Shown here: positions 19,542-28,710 of the stretch, in pieces
Layout: every line of letters starts with the position of its first letter
How positions within the stretch are numbered: position 1 is the first letter of the stretch
Origin: Hylemonella sp.
GTDB lineage: Bacteria; Pseudomonadota; Gammaproteobacteria; Burkholderiales; Burkholderiaceae_C
NCBI GenBank assembly: GCA_031970695.1
Contig: DALYHW010000001.1
Location: 1-48,229, forward strand
Reading direction: 5' to 3'
DNA: 48,229 bases
Translations under genes and position numbers: made by a program
The notes under the pieces: generated by a model
What the model was told of the DNA's origin: nothing
The model's input: only the letters and a program-made list of their open reading frames with translations
Database searches by the model: none

Positions 19542-20082
19542 GACTTGCCTCCCGCAGGTCCTGCAGCACCAGCAGCACGTACTGCACGGAGGCCAGCGCG
19601 GCACCCAGCACCACCACTGCGCGCATGGGCCAGATCGGGAAGGTGAACACGCCCTCCACGCCCAGGAACTCGCTGTCCGTCCAGGAGCGCGCCAGCGGCT
19701 TCCAGCTGGCATAGGCGATCACGCCGCAGGCGAACACCCCGGCCAGCGAGAACAACGCGCGCAAGCGCTTGCCGGCGCGTGGCCGGCGTGCGATGTAGGG
19801 GTCGATGAACAGGTCGGCGCGCGACATGCGGCCATGCCGCAGCGTGGCCGGCAACTGCAGGAAGACGATGATGACGATGCTGGTCGCCACGAGCTCGGCT
19901 ACGCCGTCGATGGGCCGGTTGGCCAGGTCGCGCAGCAGCACGTCGGCACACATCAGCAGCATGATGGCGCCGATGAGCACAGAACCGGCAGCATTGAGCG
20001 CATCGACCAGCCGGCCGAACCAGCTGTCGGGCGCCGTGGAAACCGGCGCGGATTCCAGGTCAGTATTGGCTTCGTAGGACAA
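19534..20082 (-). CDS. dctQ: TRAP transporter small permease
   Basis: 4 TM, ADVLLR, RHGRMSRADLF; lies between dctP and dctM; TTG start. Confidence 0.85.
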   Translation of the reverse strand: MSYEANTDLESAPVSTAPDSWFGRLVDALNAAGSVLIGAIMLLMCADVLLRDLANRPIDGVAELVATSIVIIVFLQLPATLRHGRMSRADLFIDPYIARRPRAGKRLRALFSLAGVFACGVIAYASWKPLARSWTDSEFLGVEGVFTFPIWPMRAVVVLGAALASVQYVLLVLQDLREASHD

Positions 20083-20127
20083 GTGGGGCCTCAGGATTAT
20101 TCAGACAAGGTGGCGCACACAGGCTCC

Positions 20128-20226
20128 CCACCAGGAACGCCGCGGAACCGGCTCAGCCGGTCCGCTGGCGTTGCACCCTGCACGGGGGGGGGCGGAGCGG
20201 CACGCAGTGCGCGCAGCCTGGGGGTG
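20128..20226. repeat. REP/MITE-like structured intergenic element
   Basis: Nested stems AACGCC-GCGGA-ACCGGC-TCA-GCCGG-TCCGC-TGGCGTT, G9 tract, CAC-GCA-GTG minihairpin, outer CCAGG/CCTGG. Confidence 0.6.
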
Positions 20227-20227
20227 T

Positions 20228-21319
20228 TTAAAGTTCTTTATCCCAGTCCCGCACCGGCTTGACACCGCGCTTGCGCAACTCGTTCATGTAGGTGCTGACG
20301 ATGTCCTTGGCCGGCCCCTTGGAGGCATTGGCCTTGACCCAGTCGGCCGCCAGGTTGGGCATGCTCTTGACCCAGTTGGCACGCTCGGCGGGGCTGAGTT
20401 CGCTGATCTTCACGGGCACCGATTGCTTGGCACCGACTTCACCCATGGTCTTGAGCGCGCCTTCGTAACGCTGCATCAGGGTCTCGCCCAGCGCGCGGGA
20501 ATACTCCTTGCCCACGTCCTTGACGATCTTGCGCACCTCGGGCGGCAGCTTCTCGTAGGAGTCCTTGTTCATGGCCATGCCACCGATGTACAGCGCACCG
20601 ATGTTGACCTTGGTGATGTAAGGCGCCACCTCGTAGATCTTGTTGGGCAGGATACCGGTGGAGATGGACAAGGTGCCGTCGGACACGCCGCTCTGGATGT
20701 CGGTGTAGTAGCTGGTCAATGAGCCATCGACAGGCACCGCACCCGAGCCCTTGAGCCACAGGCCGATAGAGCCCGGTGCCGAGATCTTGCGACCTTTCAG
20801 ATCCGCATAGGCATTCACCGGGTTCTTCGTGAACAAATGGTAGGTGTCGACACCGGTGGCGCCGAGGAACACCATGTTGTTCTTATCCCACTCCTTCTGC
20901 AGGGAGGGCACCTTCTCGTTCATCTCGTTGGCCACATCGAGGATGACGCGCACGTCGTCGGTGGTGAAGGGGGTCACGGTGCCGAACTGCGACAGCGGCA
21001 TCTTGGCCGCCTCCAGGTTGTGGAAGACCCAGCCGATGTCGGTCACGCCCTGCTCCACGCTGGTCAGGGTGGCATTCATCTTGTAGAGCTGGCCACCGTA
21101 GGCCTCGCGCCACTCGATCTTGTAGCCCTTGCCCAGGGCCTCGACACGCTTGTTGACCTCGGGCACGAACAGCGTGCTCATGAGTCCCACCCAGGGCAAC
21201 ACCACAGGGTGGCTGGAGGCAATGGTGAGTTTGAACGTCTGTTGGGCCTGGGCCGCGGTCACGCCCGCGGCGGCCAGCACCGCGCACAGGGCGGTCTTGA
21301 TGATTTGTCGCTTCTGCAT
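20228..21319 (-). CDS. dctP: TRAP substrate-binding protein
   Basis: Signal peptide, YGGQL, DLKGRKISAPG, DctP-type size; first gene of the dctPQM set. Confidence 0.9.
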   Translation of the reverse strand: MQKRQIIKTALCAVLAAAGVTAAQAQQTFKLTIASSHPVVLPWVGLMSTLFVPEVNKRVEALGKGYKIEWREAYGGQLYKMNATLTSVEQGVTDIGWVFHNLEAAKMPLSQFGTVTPFTTDDVRVILDVANEMNEKVPSLQKEWDKNNMVFLGATGVDTYHLFTKNPVNAYADLKGRKISAPGSIGLWLKGSGAVPVDGSLTSYYTDIQSGVSDGTLSISTGILPNKIYEVAPYITKVNIGALYIGGMAMNKDSYEKLPPEVRKIVKDVGKEYSRALGETLMQRYEGALKTMGEVGAKQSVPVKISELSPAERANWVKSMPNLAADWVKANASKGPAKDIVSTYMNELRKRGVKPVRDWDKEL

Positions 21320-21385
21320 GTCGGTCTCCTCGGTTGGTTTGGAATCGGCCCGCTCTGCGGCAGGCTCACAGGGATTTCCCTTTTC

Positions 21386-22216
21386 TTATTTCTCGGGGTT
21401 GAGCACGAAGTCGTACTCGAGCAGGTAGGTGCCGTCGGGCTGCTTCACCCAGTCCTTCACCAGGGACTGGCGCACGCCGAACACGGCGTCGGAATCGAGG
21501 TACTGGTCGCCGTCGCGGAACACGTGGGTGATCAGGGTCTCGTAGCCGTCGGCCTTGATCATGAAATGCAGGTGGGCGGGACGCCAGGGGTGGTTCTTGC
21601 TCGCGCGCAGCATCTCACCCACGGGGCCGTCGGTCGGGATGGGGTAGGCCTCGGCGCGGATGCTCCTGAAGTGGAACTTGCCATCCAGCCCCGACTTGAG
21701 CACGCCGCGCGCCTGCGCGTGTGCCAGGTGCGCGTACTGCACGTCGTAGTTGCCGTCGGCATCGGCCTGCCAGACCTCGACCGTGGCGTGCGGCACGGGC
21801 TCGCCGCCCAGGCCACGCACCGTGCCGCGCACGATGCAGGGCTCGCCCTGCGCGCCATTGGCCACGTCTTCGCCATGGTCGTAATGCGGCGCACCGTCGA
21901 CGTAGAACGGACCGAACACCGTGGATTCGGTGCAGCCGGCCGGCTTCTTGTTGTTCTGCGCCACGACCAGCATGGACAGGCCCAGCGTGTCGGACAGCAG
22001 GATGAACTCCTGCCGCTTGTCGTTGCACATGTGGCCGGTACGCGTGAGGAAGTCGATACCCTTGAACCATTCCTCCTCGGTCAGCTTGGTCTCGCGGGCG
22101 AAGGCGTGCAGGTGCTGGATCAGGCTGGTCAGGATCTCCTTGAGGCGCGGGTCGGGTGTCTTGGAGAAGCGCTCGATCACCGCCTGGGTGATGGTGTCCT
22201 CGTTCAGGTTGCGCAT
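21386..22216 (-). CDS. Intradiol ring-cleavage dioxygenase, hydroxyquinol 1,2-dioxygenase type
   Basis: RQEFILLSDTLG, TVFGPFY, Fe ligands in GNYDVQY, AYPIPTDGP, RPAHLHF; start reassigned to 22216. Confidence 0.9.
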   Translation of the reverse strand: MRNLNEDTITQAVIERFSKTPDPRLKEILTSLIQHLHAFARETKLTEEEWFKGIDFLTRTGHMCNDKRQEFILLSDTLGLSMLVVAQNNKKPAGCTESTVFGPFYVDGAPHYDHGEDVANGAQGEPCIVRGTVRGLGGEPVPHATVEVWQADADGNYDVQYAHLAHAQARGVLKSGLDGKFHFRSIRAEAYPIPTDGPVGEMLRASKNHPWRPAHLHFMIKADGYETLITHVFRDGDQYLDSDAVFGVRQSLVKDWVKQPDGTYLLEYDFVLNPEK

Positions 22217-22342
22217 GCCGGTGGTCTCCTGCGGGTTCTTGCGTAGTGGGAGAACTCTAAAAGTCCGCGACAATTTGGAAAAGGGCGCGGCCGCAAATGA
22301 CTTTTCCGCGCAGCGAAATAAAGCCGCCCTGTTGGAGACCCC

Positions 22343-23272
22343 GTGGACCGTTTTGCCGAGATCCAGCTCTTCGTGCAGGTTGCCGAGACCGGCAGCCTGA
22401 GTCGCGCTGCGGAAGCGTTGGGCCTGTCCAACGCGGCCGCCAGCCGCCACCTGCAGGCGCTGGAAGACCGGCTGGGCGCTCGCCTGGTGGAGCGCAACAC
22501 CCGCCGCCTGTTCCTGACCGACACGGGCCAGGAGTTCCACAGCCGCGCGAAGACCCTGCTGGCCGACCTCAAGGACGCGGAAGACGCAGTCAATGCCAGC
22601 ACGCTCAACCCCACGGGCACGCTGCGCATCAGCGCCTCGCTGTCGTTCTCCATGCAGCACATCGCGCCGCTGCTGCGGGCCTACACCGAGCGTTACCCCA
22701 ACGTCAGCGTGCACGTGGAAGCGGCCAACCGCTACCTGGACATCATCGACAACAACATTGACGTCGCCATCCGCACGCGCGAGTTCGAGCCCGACTCCAA
22801 CATCACCGTGCGGCGCCTGGCGGCGACGCGCCGCATCCTGGCCGCGTCGCCGCGCTATCTGGCCAAGCACGGGCGCCCCCGGGTGCTGGACGACCTGCCG
22901 CAGCACCAGCTGCTGATCTATACCCACGCGAACAACCCCAACGAACTGCGCTTCACGCGGGACGGCGTCACCACCACGCTGCAGGTCAGGGGCCTGCTGG
23001 AGTCGAACGATGGCCAGATCCTGCGCGCCGCGGCGCTCGACGGCCTGGGCATCCTGATCCAGCCCACCTACATCGTCTACGACGACATGGTCGCCGGCCG
23101 CCTGGTGCCCGTGCTGGACGAATGGGACCTGCCCCGACTGACCATCAACCTGGCCTACCCCAGCCGCAAGCATCTCTCGGCCAAGGTGCGGACCTTCATC
23201 GACTTCATGGCCGAGCACTTTGCGACAATGAATTACGAACAGAAGTGGACCGGACGCTTCGGCGTCAGCTGA
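22343..23272 (+). CDS. LysR-type transcriptional regulator
   Basis: GSLSRAAEALG HTH, LEDRLGARLVERNTRR; divergent from the dioxygenase. Confidence 0.95.
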   Translation: MDRFAEIQLFVQVAETGSLSRAAEALGLSNAAASRHLQALEDRLGARLVERNTRRLFLTDTGQEFHSRAKTLLADLKDAEDAVNASTLNPTGTLRISASLSFSMQHIAPLLRAYTERYPNVSVHVEAANRYLDIIDNNIDVAIRTREFEPDSNITVRRLAATRRILAASPRYLAKHGRPRVLDDLPQHQLLIYTHANNPNELRFTRDGVTTTLQVRGLLESNDGQILRAAALDGLGILIQPTYIVYDDMVAGRLVPVLDEWDLPRLTINLAYPSRKHLSAKVRTFIDFMAEHFATMNYEQKWTGRFGVS

Positions 23273-23276
23273 GCTT

Positions 23277-23897
23277 ATGAACACTGCAAGCGCCCCGCAC
23301 CTGGCCCCCGGCCCCAACCTCGCCCGCCTGCGCGGCTTTGTGCAGGACCTCGCGGCTCTGCTGGAACAGCAGCCGGATGAGGCCACGATCCTGCGCGACG
23401 GCGGCGTCCTGCTGCAGCAGCTGGTCCGCCACGACGACTGGCTGCCAGACGACTGTGCACGCCCTGACCCGCAGCGCTATCAGCAGTACCTGCTGCACGC
23501 CGATGCGCTGGGACGTTTTTCCGTGGTGAGCTTCGTCTGGGGCGCGGGGCAGAGCACACCCATCCACGACCACACGGTCTGGGGCCTGATCGCCATGCTG
23601 CGCGGTGCCGAGGTGGCCCAGCCGTATGCCCAGGACCCCGACGGCCGCTGGGCCGCAAGCGGCGCGCCGGTCACCCTGCAGCCCGGCCAGGTGGAAGCCG
23701 TCTCGCCGCGCATCGGCGACGTGCACCGCGTGAGCAACGCACTGGCCGACCGACCGTCCATCAGCATCCACGTCTACGGCGCCAACATCGGCGCCGTGCG
23801 GCGCAACGTCTACCTGGAAGACGGCACCCGCAAGCCCTTCATCTCGGGCTACAGCAACGCCACCCTGCCCAACATCTGGGTTTGCTCCAGGGGCTGA
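23277..23897 (+). CDS. Thiol dioxygenase (cysteine/3-mercaptopropionate dioxygenase family)
   Basis: YQQYLLH, TPIHDH, DVHRV, SIHVY cupin motifs. Confidence 0.88.
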   Translation: MNTASAPHLAPGPNLARLRGFVQDLAALLEQQPDEATILRDGGVLLQQLVRHDDWLPDDCARPDPQRYQQYLLHADALGRFSVVSFVWGAGQSTPIHDHTVWGLIAMLRGAEVAQPYAQDPDGRWAASGAPVTLQPGQVEAVSPRIGDVHRVSNALADRPSISIHVYGANIGAVRRNVYLEDGTRKPFISGYSNATLPNIWVCSRG

Positions 23898-23946
23898 GCA
23901 CCATGGGCCGCCGCGGCCGGGGCGTGCACCGTGTGGGAACGCGCAC

Positions 23947-24963
23947 CTAGTCGAGCTTGGCGTTCGATGCCTTCACGACATTGCGCCAGCGGTTCACCTC
24001 GTCCTTGACGTACGTGCCGAACTCCTCGCGCGACATGGCCGGCACGGTCGAACCCAGGGACGCCCAGCGCTCCTGCAGGTCCTTGCTCTGCAGCGCCTTC
24101 TGCACCTCCTGCGTCATCCGGTCGTACAGGTCGCGCGGCGTGCCCTTGATGGCCCAGATCGCGTACCAGGCCGAAGCCACGTAATTCGGCAGGCCCGCCT
24201 CGATCGCGGTTGGGATGTCCGGGTAGCTGTCGACCCGCTTCTCAGTGGCCACAGCCACCGCCACCAGTTGCCCGCTCTTGATGTACGGACCGGCGCCGGC
24301 CAGCGTGTCAAACATCATGTCCACCTGTCCGGCCACCAGGTCCTGCAGCGCCGGACCCGTGCCCCGATAAGGAATGTGCGTGATGAAGGTCCCCGTCTGC
24401 ATCTTGAACATCTCCCCCGCAAGGTGCTGCGAGGTACCGTTGCCCGTGGAGGCGTAGTTGTAGCGGCCGGGATTCTTGCGGATCAGCTCGATGATGGACT
24501 TGAGGTCGTTCTTCGGAAACTTCTTCGGGTGCACGACGATCACGTGCGGCACGCTGGCCAGCAGCGCCACCGGCTCGAAGTCACGCGTGATGTCGTAGGA
24601 CAGGTTCGGGTACATGCTTGGTGCAATGGCGTGGTGCACCGCGCCGAGGAACCAGGTGTAGCCATCGGCCGGCATCTTGGCGGCAATCGCCGCACCCACC
24701 GTCCCGCCTGCCCCGGCGCGGTTATCCACGACAACCGATGCGCCGAGCTGCGTGCCCAGTTGACGGGCCAGCGGCCGGCCAAATGCATCGACGGCGCCGC
24801 CGGGCGGGAAGGGATTGATCAGCGTGATGGCCTTGCCCGGCGCAAGCCAGGCCTGCGCCCAGGTCACCGGGCTGGTGGCCGCCAGCACCACGGCAAGCAG
24901 CGCGGCGCAGGCCGCGAACACGACACGTGGCGCAGCCCTGCGCCCGCAACGGGAATCCAGCAT
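23947..24963 (-). CDS. Bug/TTT substrate-binding protein
   Basis: PFPPGGAVD, NRAGAGGTVG, HIPYRG. Confidence 0.92.
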   Translation of the reverse strand: MLDSRCGRRAAPRVVFAACAALLAVVLAATSPVTWAQAWLAPGKAITLINPFPPGGAVDAFGRPLARQLGTQLGASVVVDNRAGAGGTVGAAIAAKMPADGYTWFLGAVHHAIAPSMYPNLSYDITRDFEPVALLASVPHVIVVHPKKFPKNDLKSIIELIRKNPGRYNYASTGNGTSQHLAGEMFKMQTGTFITHIPYRGTGPALQDLVAGQVDMMFDTLAGAGPYIKSGQLVAVAVATEKRVDSYPDIPTAIEAGLPNYVASAWYAIWAIKGTPRDLYDRMTQEVQKALQSKDLQERWASLGSTVPAMSREEFGTYVKDEVNRWRNVVKASNAKLD

Positions 24964-25026
24964 GTTGTCTCCTGCTTGGTCATTAGAATGAATTCATATT
25001 AATCATCCGACGATCGTGGAGACTAG

Positions 25027-26193
25027 GTGAATTCCCCATCCGCTCTGCAACCCTTGCACGGCATCCGTGTGATTGAAATCTGCAACGTGGCCGCCGGTCC
25101 CTACTGCGCCATGCTGCTGGCCGACCTCGGCGCCGATGTGATCAAGCTGGAAAACCCGGGCAGCGGTGACACCTTGCGCGCCTGGCCACCCCACACCGGG
25201 CCCGCGGACGACCGTCTGAGCGAAAACTTCGCCTCGCTGAACCGCAACAAACGCTCGGTCGCGCTGGACCTCAAGGACCCGCAGCACAACGCGCAGGCCC
25301 GACGCCTGATTGCCGAGGCCGACGTGCTGATCGAAAACAACCGCCCGGGCGTGATGAAGCGCCTCGGACTGGACTTCGACACGCTGCATGCGCTCAACCC
25401 GCGCCTGCTCTACTGCTCCATCTCGGCCTACGGACAGAGCGGGCCGCGTGCCCAGGAAGGCGGCTTCGACGTCACCATCCAGGCCATGAGCGGCATCATG
25501 AGCGTCACGGGCGAAGCCGGTGGCGCGCCCGTGAAATGCGGCGTGCCGGTCGCCGACTTCACCGCCGGCCTCTACGGGGCCATGAGCATCTGCGCGCAAT
25601 TGCGCCAGGTACAGGCCACCGGCCGGGGCGTGCACATCGACGTGCCCATGATGGGCACCTCGCTGGCCATCGCGGCGCTGCAGACCTCCGAATATTTCGG
25701 CACCGGGCGCGACCCGGTCAAGCTGGGGTCGGCCCATCCGCGCAATGCGCCCTACCAGGCCTTCCGCGCGCAGGACGACTACCTGGTCATGGCGGCGGGC
25801 ACCCAGGCGCTGTGGGAGACCGTGTGTCGGATCCTCAAGAGCGAACACTGGCTGCAGGATGCGCGCTTTGCCAGCACGGCGCTGCGCGCACAGAACCAGC
25901 TGGCCCTGAAGGAGCTGGTCGAGGCCGCGCTGCAGTCCGACACGGCCGCCAACTGGATTGCCGCGCTCAGCGGTGCAGGTGTCCCCTGCTGCCCCATCAA
26001 CAACTACTCCGCCGTGCTGGCCGATCTGCAGACCGAGGCCATGGCCTGGGTGCAACCGCTTGAAATGGCCAACGGCCACGCGACCCGCACGGTCACCACG
26101 CCGCTGAAATTCAACGGCGCCGCAGCGCCCATCGCCCGCCGGCCGCCGCGCCTGGGCGAGCACAACACCGACATCCTGGGGTCCGGCACATGA
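25027..26193 (+). CDS. Class III CoA-transferase (CaiB/BaiF/Frc)
   Basis: LADLGADVIKLE, NRNKRS, ENNRPG, catalytic Asp in GVPVAD. Confidence 0.93.
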   Translation: MNSPSALQPLHGIRVIEICNVAAGPYCAMLLADLGADVIKLENPGSGDTLRAWPPHTGPADDRLSENFASLNRNKRSVALDLKDPQHNAQARRLIAEADVLIENNRPGVMKRLGLDFDTLHALNPRLLYCSISAYGQSGPRAQEGGFDVTIQAMSGIMSVTGEAGGAPVKCGVPVADFTAGLYGAMSICAQLRQVQATGRGVHIDVPMMGTSLAIAALQTSEYFGTGRDPVKLGSAHPRNAPYQAFRAQDDYLVMAAGTQALWETVCRILKSEHWLQDARFASTALRAQNQLALKELVEAALQSDTAANWIAALSGAGVPCCPINNYSAVLADLQTEAMAWVQPLEMANGHATRTVTTPLKFNGAAAPIARRPPRLGEHNTDILGSGT

Positions 26194-26930
26194 GCCTGCT
26201 GCTGACCGAACGCGAGGGGCCGCTCAAGCGCGTGCATCTGAACCGCCCCGACAAGCGCAACGCGCTGAGCCTGGCCCTGGCCACCGAGCTGTTGCAGGAA
26301 GTGCAGCGCTCGCACGACGACGGCACCCGCCTGCTGGTGCTGCGCGGCGAAGGCGCGGGCTTCTGTGCCGGCTTCGACCTCAGCGCCTTTCCCGACTGCT
26401 CCGACGGCGACCTGCTGTTGCACTTCGTGCGCATCGAACAGCTGCTGCAGGCCGTGGCGCATGCGCCCTTCGACACCCTGGCCTGCGTGCACGGTGCGAC
26501 CATCGGCGCCGGGGCCGACCTGGCCGTGGCCTGCCGGCACCGGGTCGGCGCAGCCGACACCACGATGCTGTTCCCCGGCGCGCGTTTTGGCCTGGTGCTG
26601 GGCTCGCGCCGGCTCGCAGAGTGTGTAGGCGCCCAGCAGGCCCAGGTGCTCATTGGCGGCCAGCAGCGCCTGGACGCACAACACGCGCTGGAACTCGGGC
26701 TGCTGCAACAACTGGCCGAAGCAGACCAGTGGCCCGCCCTCGAGGCAGACGTATTGCGCCATGCGCTGGCCACGCCCGTCGATACGCGTGCCACGGTCCT
26801 GCAGGCGCTGCGACCCGACACCCGTGCGCAGGATCTGCACGACCTGGTGCTGTCGGCCGCGCACCCGGACCTGCGGCAGCGCCTCTCGGCCTACCTGGCC
26901 CAGCCGCGCGGCGCCGGCGCCCGAAACTGA
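26190..26930 (+). CDS. Crotonase-fold (enoyl-CoA hydratase/isomerase) protein
   Basis: LNRPDKRNAL, FCAGFDL; ATGA overlap with the CoA transferase. Confidence 0.88.
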   Translation: MSLLLTEREGPLKRVHLNRPDKRNALSLALATELLQEVQRSHDDGTRLLVLRGEGAGFCAGFDLSAFPDCSDGDLLLHFVRIEQLLQAVAHAPFDTLACVHGATIGAGADLAVACRHRVGAADTTMLFPGARFGLVLGSRRLAECVGAQQAQVLIGGQQRLDAQHALELGLLQQLAEADQWPALEADVLRHALATPVDTRATVLQALRPDTRAQDLHDLVLSAAHPDLRQRLSAYLAQPRGAGARN

Positions 26931-27000
26931 CGCGGAGCGACACAGGATGCGCGGGCCACGCCCCAGCCGCCCCCTCCGCCTATTTGCGCCACAGTGACCC

Positions 27001-28701
27001 ATGCACCAGCCCGCCGACCAGCCCCGTCCATCGATCTACTACGACTACCGGGTGCACGACGCCTGGTTGCCCGGACCCGGCGCGCCCAGGGCCACGCCAG
27101 TGCTGATCGCCGGTGCCGGCCCGGTGGGCCTGACGGCGGCACTGGAGCTCGCACGCCACGGCGTGCCCTGCGTGCTGCTGGAGGCCGAACGCCAGGTGTC
27201 GGAGGGCAGCCGCGCCATCGTCTTCACGCGGCGCTCGATGGAAATCCTGCAGCAAGTCGGCGTGGCGCAGCGCGTCACGGCACACGGCCTGCCCTGGCGC
27301 TTTGGCAACTCCTGGTACCGCGGCCAGCGTGTCTTCCGCATGGAAGCGCCGCACGATCCGGACGACCGCTTCTTCCCCATGATCAACCTGCAGCAGCAGT
27401 ACCTCGAGCAGTACCTCGTCGAGGCCGTGCTGGCCGAGCCGCTGATCGAGCTGCGCTGGGGCAACAAGCTCGTCGACCTCACGCGTCAGGCCGACCGGGT
27501 CCAGGCGACGGTGGACACCCCCGCGGGGCCCTACACGCAGGAAGCGCAGTGGCTGGTGGCCAGCGACGGCGCGCGCTCGGGCATCCGCAGCCTGCTGCAG
27601 CTGCGGCTCGAGGGCGCCTCCTACGAAGGGCAGTTCGTGATCGCCGACATCCGCGTCGACCTGCCCCTGCCCACGGAGCGGCAGGCCTTTTTCGACCCGG
27701 ACTGGAACCCCGGCAACACCCTGCTGCTGCACCGCGAGCCGCACGGCATCTGGCGGGTCGACTACCAGCTGCCCGCGAACGAAACACCCGAATACGCCCT
27801 GCGCCCCGAGGTCCTGAAAACGCGCATCGACGCCGCACTGGCGCAAGCCGGCCACGCCGGCCTGCCCTGGACGCTGGACTGGAGCTCGGTCTACTCGGCC
27901 CGCACCCTGACCCTGCCCGACTATGTGCACGGGCGCACGCTCTTCATGGGCGACGCGGCGCACCTGCTGCCTATCTTCGGCGTGCGTGGTGCCAATACGG
28001 GCTTCCAGGACGCACAGTCGCTGGCCTGGCACCTGGCCCTGGTGGTCAAGGGTCTGGCGCCACCCGCCTACCTGGCCAACTACAGCCGCGAGCGCGTGGG
28101 CGCGGCACGTGAGATCATCGAGGAGGCTGGCAAAAGCACCCGCTTCATGGCCCCGCCGACGCGAGGCTTTCGCCTGCTGCGCGACGCCGTGCTCTCGCTG
28201 TCACTGCAGGAAGAGTTCGTGCGCCCGCTCTACCACTGGCGCACTTCGCGCCCGCACGAGTACACACATTCGGCGCTCAATTGTGTGGACGACGACAACG
28301 CGCGCTTCCAAGGCGGGCCGGGCCACGGTGCGCCGCCACGCAACATCCGCCTTGGGGACGACGACTATTTGCTGGACCATCTGGGCGGCGGCTTCGACCT
28401 GCTGTATTTCACCGACGACTCGGCCATCCCGTCGGCCCTGCTGGCGGCGGTGAACACCTGGCGCGCGCGCGGCCTCGCGCTGCACGTCTTTGCGATCGGG
28501 CCCGCACAGCCGGTGGCCGGCGCAGACCAGACCCTGCCCGATACGGACGGCCACTTCCGCCAGCGTTATGGCGTACCAGCCAGTGGCGCGGCCTATCTGC
28601 TGAGGCCGGACCAGCATGTCTGCGCGCGCTGGCTTGCGCTGGATGCCGCCCGGTTGCAGGCGGCGCTGCACACCGCGCTCCAGACTCCGCCGGATCAGTG
28701 A
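27001..28701 (+). CDS. FAD-dependent aromatic monooxygenase (MhpA/PheA-like)
   Basis: GAGPVG, SDGARS, GDAAH...FGVRGANTG, C-terminal LRPDQHV. Confidence 0.9.
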   Translation: MHQPADQPRPSIYYDYRVHDAWLPGPGAPRATPVLIAGAGPVGLTAALELARHGVPCVLLEAERQVSEGSRAIVFTRRSMEILQQVGVAQRVTAHGLPWRFGNSWYRGQRVFRMEAPHDPDDRFFPMINLQQQYLEQYLVEAVLAEPLIELRWGNKLVDLTRQADRVQATVDTPAGPYTQEAQWLVASDGARSGIRSLLQLRLEGASYEGQFVIADIRVDLPLPTERQAFFDPDWNPGNTLLLHREPHGIWRVDYQLPANETPEYALRPEVLKTRIDAALAQAGHAGLPWTLDWSSVYSARTLTLPDYVHGRTLFMGDAAHLLPIFGVRGANTGFQDAQSLAWHLALVVKGLAPPAYLANYSRERVGAAREIIEEAGKSTRFMAPPTRGFRLLRDAVLSLSLQEEFVRPLYHWRTSRPHEYTHSALNCVDDDNARFQGGPGHGAPPRNIRLGDDDYLLDHLGGGFDLLYFTDDSAIPSALLAAVNTWRARGLALHVFAIGPAQPVAGADQTLPDTDGHFRQRYGVPASGAAYLLRPDQHVCARWLALDAARLQAALHTALQTPPDQ

Positions 28702-28710
28702 GGAATCACC

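Noticed and set aside
20184..20192. G9 tract as a phase-variation switch
   Set aside because: Non-coding and part of a repeat element, not in a reading frame or an evident promoter spacer
22302..22318. T-N11-A LysR box (TTCC-N7-GAAA)
   Set aside because: Plausible position, but too degenerate to list as a supported feature
21386..23386. 666-aa ORF suggesting a large dioxygenase fusion
   Set aside because: The N-terminal part is the antisense shadow of the LysR gene; a good RBS and a family-typical N-terminus start at 22216
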